This document shows, piece by piece, positions 26,214 to 31,234 of a DNA stretch of 31,234 nucleotides (the stretch's first letter is position 1; the number at the start of each line of letters is the position of its first letter). A model generated the notes under the pieces. The model searched no databases, had not been told where the DNA came from, and saw nothing but the letters and a program-made list of their open reading frames with translations. The stretch covers positions 1-31,234 of the IMG/VR virus record IMGVR_UViG_3300044522_000356, one strand, 5' to 3'. Both the position numbers and the translations under genes were made by a program. Source of the stretch: a virus. Lineage: Duplodnaviria > Caudoviricetes.

Positions 26214-27625
26214 AGTGATACTGCCCTTAAATTATTAGCTACCGCTTGTGCAGCAATTTCTCTTATGGATTTAGAGATTAATAGTTTGGGGTCTCTTGTT
26301 CTTGGTGATGATTGACGACCACCATTGCTAAAAGTTGCGTAAGGGTTCTTCATATAAGAATAAAATACCGTAATCATGCCTTCTCTGCTCATAGTTGCGT
26401 GTTCTGCTTTAACAGTACTAGCAAATCTGCCCGTTCTATAGTTCAAAACATTCTTAGCGGAGCCGTCACCCATATTAGCACTAATTACATCCTGTAACTG
26501 GCTATTAATTAAATTAGTTAAACTAAGTAAACTGGTTTTAGCTAACATCGCACCTTTTACTTGTTGTATGTTATTTTTTTGTTTTTTAATTTGCTGTTTA
26601 TTTGTCTGAGCTTCTCTTAAAGTTTTCTTTAACTTTTTCCTATACTCAGACTTTGCCTTTTCGTCTACATAAGCCGTAACTATTTCGTTAGGTAGCTTAA
26701 TTTTTGGACTATTAATTTGCTTAGGATTTTTAGGTTTAACTCCTAAAGGTTCTAATAGTGTATCAACTATTAAATCCCTCATTGTAGGAGAGCTTTTAAA
26801 ATCTAAAATTTCACTACTAGAAAAATTAGCATCTTTGCTTAATATATCTAGTATTCCTGCTAAAGCTTTGGCTTGTGTGGACTGAGGATTTACTAGTGCA
26901 CGAATACCTGTGCTTCCGCCTTTTTGTCCCGATAACCTTTGAACTAACTTAGCACTAGCGGCGTTGTCTGATTCTGACTGTAGTTCAATAAGAAAATTAG
27001 TAGCACTTTTATTATACTTTAAAAATACTGGACTAGTAAGTGTTTTTAACTCTGCAGACTCAATATCCAGCTTCTGCAGATGAAGTATTAAATTGTCTAA
27101 GAATCCTAGTGCATAGTCTGCTTCATCTTCTGACATCATAGGCATATCGCCTTTAGTCATATAATTATAAAGCTCGTCTCTAGCACCTAATACTGCTCCA
27201 GTCATCATACCATAGATATGGCCTTTAACCATACCCATTTCTTTAAACTTGGCGCTTGTACCGCCTCCAAGATACTTATCTAAAGTTCTTTCCACTCCGT
27301 CTTTAAATGGCGTTTCTGGAAATAGTATAAAAGTTTTACCATCTACAACGTCTACAATAGGTTTTGAAATATCACTATTTCCAGTAAATTGTTGCTGTAA
27401 ATTTTTAAATGCTTGGCTAACGCCTAGTTCGGCTGCTTTAGATTCTGATACTACAACCCCTACGTTTCGGCTAAGACCTTGTGCTTCAAGATCTGCTCGG
27501 TTTTTGTTAAACCAAGTTTTATTTGTAGTTACGTAACGACTATAATCAGCGTAGTCAGCTGCATCCTCAGAATTTCCACTCTTTTTCTTATCTCTAAAAA
27601 ACTTAATGAAATTTTCTGCACTCAT
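26210..27625 (-). CDS. Tail completion/neck protein (T5 p143-like C-terminus) with a long N-terminal region
   Basis: LNYRTGRFA..YMKNPYATF..RDPKLLISKSIREIA; lies between the connector and terminator genes with ATGA overlaps on both sides. Confidence 0.75.
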   Translation of the reverse strand: MSAENFIKFFRDKKKSGNSEDAADYADYSRYVTTNKTWFNKNRADLEAQGLSRNVGVVVSESKAAELGVSQAFKNLQQQFTGNSDISKPIVDVVDGKTFILFPETPFKDGVERTLDKYLGGGTSAKFKEMGMVKGHIYGMMTGAVLGARDELYNYMTKGDMPMMSEDEADYALGFLDNLILHLQKLDIESAELKTLTSPVFLKYNKSATNFLIELQSESDNAASAKLVQRLSGQKGGSTGIRALVNPQSTQAKALAGILDILSKDANFSSSEILDFKSSPTMRDLIVDTLLEPLGVKPKNPKQINSPKIKLPNEIVTAYVDEKAKSEYRKKLKKTLREAQTNKQQIKKQKNNIQQVKGAMLAKTSLLSLTNLINSQLQDVISANMGDGSAKNVLNYRTGRFASTVKAEHATMSREGMITVFYSYMKNPYATFSNGGRQSSPRTRDPKLLISKSIREIAAQAVANNLRAVSL

Positions 27626-28188
27626 GTAAAGTCCGCTACATATTGATCTAAAACACGTTTAATTGGTGCAGGTAAATTTGTAGATGAAACGTAATTGATT
27701 TGTGTAGTGTTAGGGTTTAAGTCACGGCTACTGTGTACAGCACCGTTATTACGCGAGTAGTATTCAATTAAGTCTAATACTGCTAATTTTAAGTCACCTG
27801 GAATTGGGTCGTAACCACCAAAGTAACTTACTTTATATCCGTTAATTGCTTCAGGAAATACACTGTAACCTATACTAACAACAGAATCGCCTCTTATAAC
27901 CCAGTCTGTGAATTTTGTTAAAGTTGTATAAGTCTTACCATAATCTGAACTATACTGCACTGATGCAATTGTTACAAGAGGACTTTCTTTTAGTAAAAGC
28001 TCTTTAAAGCCACCATCAAAATATTCAATCTTTATATCGCTGTAGAAATCTACAAAAGTGCGACGGCAGTATGATTTAACCAAGTCACTGACTTTAGGTA
28101 TTAAGAAATCAATTTCTGCGTCTGAATTTGTGCTGGTAATCCCCATGTAAGTTTTGTATTCAGATTTTGTTACTAAATCTATTGCCAT
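27622..28188 (-). CDS. Head-tail connector / head completion protein (188 aa; start revised to 28188)
   Basis: GAGGT RBS precedes MAIDLVTKSEYKTY. SYCRRTF and YFGGY..IPGDLKLAVLDLI connector motifs. The longer start in the track runs through intergenic hairpins. Confidence 0.85.
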   Translation of the reverse strand: MAIDLVTKSEYKTYMGITSTNSDAEIDFLIPKVSDLVKSYCRRTFVDFYSDIKIEYFDGGFKELLLKESPLVTIASVQYSSDYGKTYTTLTKFTDWVIRGDSVVSIGYSVFPEAINGYKVSYFGGYDPIPGDLKLAVLDLIEYYSRNNGAVHSSRDLNPNTTQINYVSSTNLPAPIKRVLDQYVADFT

Positions 28189-28198
28189 AAATACCTCA

Positions 28199-28237
28199 CT
28201 TGTTTTATAAAGGCACATTATACCTTTATAAAACAAG
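28199..28237. repeat. Perfect 15-bp inverted repeat with a 9-nt loop
   Basis: CTTGTTTTATAAAGG-cacattata-CCTTTATAAAACAAG. Confidence 0.9.
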
Positions 28238-28255
28238 ACCCCGAAGGGTCTTGTT
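28230..28255 (-). terminator. Intrinsic terminator after the capsid gene (cUUCGg tetraloop)
   Basis: AACAAGACCC-TTCG-GGGTCTTGTTTT on the minus strand. Confidence 0.85.
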
Positions 28256-28271
28256 AAACTTATTTAGCTAA

Positions 28272-30239
28272 TTAAGCTACGTAAGTAAGTTTTGCAACTC
28301 CATTACCATTATTAGTAGTAACTTGAGTCATACCTGTACGGAGGCTAGCCACCATAACACGACGCTGTGTTTCTACCAATTCTTGGGTGTCGATACGCAG
28401 ACCACGCTGATTACCAACTAAGAAATTACCTGGGTTAATTGCAATAGCACCAGCAATAGTACCAGTTGCTGCAGGTGTTGCATATTCAGCAGACACTAAC
28501 ACTGGGCTTCCGCCGATTTGACCAATTTGACCAGTCAATAATGTAGCTTGTGTGCCGACTTGATTCATTGTTTGGAAGATTGGATCATCCAACAATTGAT
28601 AATAAATATCGGTATTAACAATATAAATTACTTCTTGTGGGTCAAGACCCCAAGCACCTAAACCTTGACGTAATTTACGCAAGTTAGCAACAGTAACACC
28701 AGTAGTACTTGCTAAAGAGTAGGTGACTTGACCTGTTCCAGCACCTGCCCAGTTAGAGATTCCTTTAACAGGATCAGCACCAGAACCAAGACCTAACAAG
28801 AAAGCCTTGTCAACGGCGCGAGCAACACGACGGATCATACCATCACGAATCACGGGCATCAAAGCGATCAAAGAATCTTCTTCTTCTTCATATGCAGTGT
28901 ACTCATTAGTAGCAACTTTATATGCATTCAAAGTAATTTCTTTGAGTGTGTGGTTTTGTGTAGTACCAGCAGAAGTAGAAGCACCAAAACCAGTATTTTG
29001 AACCCAAGTTGCAGTACCTGCTTCTGGGTTAACTGGCATAGTCATTACGTTAGTTTGCATAGCAATGTTGCGGAAGATAGGAGCAACAACTAAACGACGA
29101 CGAATCTCATTTTCCATGTTTAAAGAAACTTCTAATTCCCAGATACCGCTTGGTAAGTGGTTAGTATTAGATGTAGTAACTGAAGCAGGAGCATAAGTAG
29201 CAGCTTTTTCAATCAATGCACGGCCAGTGCGTGTTTCTTGAACAGGCTTACCGGTCATCTTAGATAGCAAGATTGCTTTTTCTTTTTCTGCATAGGTAAT
29301 GTCTTGATTTTTTGTGTCAGCAAAAGACATTTTTGACTTTGTCATGGCTTCAATTTCAGCAGCTTTTTCTTTCAAAGAAGCTTCTAAACCAGCAATGACT
29401 GATTTTGTTGATTCATCAGCAGTAGCAAAACGCTTCTCAACTTCGGCCATCAAGCGCTCAGCACCTGTGTCACCTGTAGAGATAGAAGCAACAGCGGCTT
29501 TAACGCGTGCATCTAATTCGGCTTCAGCTTTGTCAGCAGCGGCTTTTTCAGCCAATTGTTTTGCCTGTGTATCGGCGATGGCTTTAGCAGTGAGCTCAGC
29601 CGCTTTGTTAGCTGCATCAGCCAACATTTGTTCTAATTGTTTAGGATCCATTTCCCATTCCTTTTTAATTTCGCCGATTGCTTCCGTTGAGGATTCTAGC
29701 CCTTTAGCTGAATCGCTTTCGGGTGCAAACTGCTGTTTGAAAGATTTAAATTCTTCGGCTGTATCAAACGCCTTAGAAAGACTAAATAGTGTATTTTGAT
29801 TAGCTGGTACCGACACAATTGAAATTTCGTGCAGTTCTAGCTCTTTTACCACAAACAACTCTTTGGCCGCATCATATTCCGCATCTACGATTCGGAAGCC
29901 GATACTAAATGCCGTTAAGATGCCATCTTTTACAAGATTGAAAACTTCGTCAGCAGCTGAAGAAATTCTGGCTTTAACCCATAACCCCTTGCCGTCAACT
30001 CTGTGATCTACCATCCTACCAACTGGCTCGCTATGGTTGTGATATGCCAAAATTACTGGATTCTTCAAATAATTTTGTATACCCTTTTTCCATACACTTG
30101 CTGGGACAATATCGCCTTGTCTATCAACGTCATCGGTACTTGCGTACCCTTCGATTGTTATACTAGTTGTCTCTCCGTCGGTGGTATCGCTCTTGATAAA
30201 TGAACTGTTTAAAAACAGTACTTTACTTTTATCTACCAT
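28272..30239 (-). CDS. HK97-type prohead protease fused to major capsid protein (655 aa)
   Basis: Protease motifs IEGYAST..DRQGD, LAYHNH, AFSIGF and LHEISIVSVPAN; then a coiled-coil delta domain; then an HK97-fold capsid (EEEEDSLI..RAVDKAFLLG). Confidence 0.93.
   Translation of the reverse strand: MVDKSKVLFLNSSFIKSDTTDGETTSITIEGYASTDDVDRQGDIVPASVWKKGIQNYLKNPVILAYHNHSEPVGRMVDHRVDGKGLWVKARISSAADEVFNLVKDGILTAFSIGFRIVDAEYDAAKELFVVKELELHEISIVSVPANQNTLFSLSKAFDTAEEFKSFKQQFAPESDSAKGLESSTEAIGEIKKEWEMDPKQLEQMLADAANKAAELTAKAIADTQAKQLAEKAAADKAEAELDARVKAAVASISTGDTGAERLMAEVEKRFATADESTKSVIAGLEASLKEKAAEIEAMTKSKMSFADTKNQDITYAEKEKAILLSKMTGKPVQETRTGRALIEKAATYAPASVTTSNTNHLPSGIWELEVSLNMENEIRRRLVVAPIFRNIAMQTNVMTMPVNPEAGTATWVQNTGFGASTSAGTTQNHTLKEITLNAYKVATNEYTAYEEEEDSLIALMPVIRDGMIRRVARAVDKAFLLGLGSGADPVKGISNWAGAGTGQVTYSLASTTGVTVANLRKLRQGLGAWGLDPQEVIYIVNTDIYYQLLDDPIFQTMNQVGTQATLLTGQIGQIGGSPVLVSAEYATPAATGTIAGAIAINPGNFLVGNQRGLRIDTQELVETQRRVMVASLRTGMTQVTTNNGNGVAKLTYVA
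29649..29663 (-). promoter_or_regulatory. Internal RBS and in-frame ATG for a stand-alone capsid protein
   Basis: AAGGA-atgggaa-ATG at Met197; gives a 459-aa product. Confidence 0.7.
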
Positions 30240-30248
30240 ATTACCCCT

Positions 30249-31234
30249 TTATTGCTGATTATCTGTGGGCCTACCACCTTTCGACGGATCAGCAGCCGAA
30301 CCCGCAATATTGGCGGGTATTCTTATTTCGTCATTACCAGTAATTGGTTCATAACGTAATTCTTTTCTTGCTTCATTAGCTGTAATGATGCCTGCATTGA
30401 CTAAAGTCGAATGGTAAGCAGCAATATCTTTTAATTCTGGTTGCATTGCTGATACTGAACTAGTAACTGCTTCAATATCGTATCCAAAGTATCGTTCTAG
30501 GCTTGATGTAAACTTGCGAACAACTGGCATAACTGTTTCTAAATAAAATAATCGTAGATTAGGCGAGATGTTAGCATTATTTCCACCAGCTAATAAAATA
30601 GGTGGAATACCTATACATTGCATAATTAGTTCGTTGTGTGTTTTTATTGATTGATCAAAATCCATGTCTTTGAAGTTTTGATTTGATACTTGTGCAGGTT
30701 TCAGTCCCGAGTCTAAAATAACTGGGCGCTTACCACCTTGTTTAGTTGAATATTTCTGTAACCAGTATTGAATTGTTTTTTCTTTTGCAATCTGTGAAAG
30801 CGTATTTTCGCTAGTTAAAACTAAACCGAATACAGCTCCATTTTCAAAGAAGTTCTCTTGAAACTCTTTCATTGCATAAAGTGTAGCAATGCTTCGTTGG
30901 GCTGCTTCTAAGCGCGAAGCGCCGCGATATATACTCTGGCTATTAAGATCACGAAAGTGAAAGACTTCCTGTTCCTTAAAATCAACCATTCCGTTGTAAC
31001 GATAACCACGGATAAATGTTTTTACATCAGTTAAAATCTCTACGTTTTGTGCTGGTAAGTGGTACATAAATACACCATCAAAGTGTATGAATACATTACC
31101 TTCTAAGATTAAATCTGTAAAGATTGACTGACGAAATTCTTGGGTGCTTTGATAAGGGTTGGGACGAAAGTTCAAAAGTGTGTTTAATGACTTTTGACGA
31201 ATTCCGGCTACAACGCCTTCATTGATCTTATCTT
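30249..31234 (-). CDS. Portal protein (HK97/T5-like), 5' partial
   Basis: RPNPYQ..LILEGN, FFENGAV, KDMDF, GIPPILL and GIITANEARKEL motifs. The frame stays open upstream of 31175 to the window edge. Confidence 0.93.
   Translation of the reverse strand, partial: DKINEGVVAGIRQKSLNTLLNFRPNPYQSTQEFRQSIFTDLILEGNVFIHFDGVFMYHLPAQNVEILTDVKTFIRGYRYNGMVDFKEQEVFHFRDLNSQSIYRGASRLEAAQRSIATLYAMKEFQENFFENGAVFGLVLTSENTLSQIAKEKTIQYWLQKYSTKQGGKRPVILDSGLKPAQVSNQNFKDMDFDQSIKTHNELIMQCIGIPPILLAGGNNANISPNLRLFYLETVMPVVRKFTSSLERYFGYDIEAVTSSVSAMQPELKDIAAYHSTLVNAGIITANEARKELRYEPITGNDEIRIPANIAGSAADPSKGGRPTDNQQ

Noticed and set aside
28189-28236. Longer start for the connector gene and a promoter at the loop TATAAT
   Set aside because: The RBS supports 28188; the -35 position reads TTCGGG and there is no extended -10.
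29692-29714. Small hairpin in the protease-capsid linker
   Set aside because: Short and bulged, within chance expectation.
8674-30203. Plus-strand ORFs such as 24568-25026 and 29314-29799
   Set aside because: Antisense to well-supported genes, with the composition expected of reverse-complemented codons.
1-31234. Host assignment, RNA genes, introns, mobile elements, defence genes
   Set aside because: None recognisable. Sigma70 promoters, SD use and tail type only loosely suggest a Gram-negative host.

Overview
The window is the virion-morphogenesis region of a T5-related siphophage, with every credible gene on the minus strand. Read right to left it holds: partial portal; fused prohead protease-major capsid; head-tail connector; T5-like tail completion, terminator and tail tube proteins; two tail chaperone ORFs joined by a -1 slippery site; tape measure; a lambda-like (not T5-like) tail tip (M-like, DUF1833-like, NlpC/P60-I-J fusion, separate J C-terminal fibre, small partner, 1230-aa repeat adhesin); and, behind a terminator and consensus promoter, a side-fibre module. 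That module ends in a collagen-like gene of at least 1359 aa that the ORF track missed because it runs off the left edge. The best-supported highlights are the GGGAAAC frameshift with a downstream stem-loop, an internal RBS and ATG inside the protease-capsid fusion, the T5/lambdoid chimerism with a junction inside the tape measure gene, two terminator-promoter cassettes, and a possible chained side-fibre assembly. All family assignments come from recognising motifs by eye and from gene order; no database search was run.
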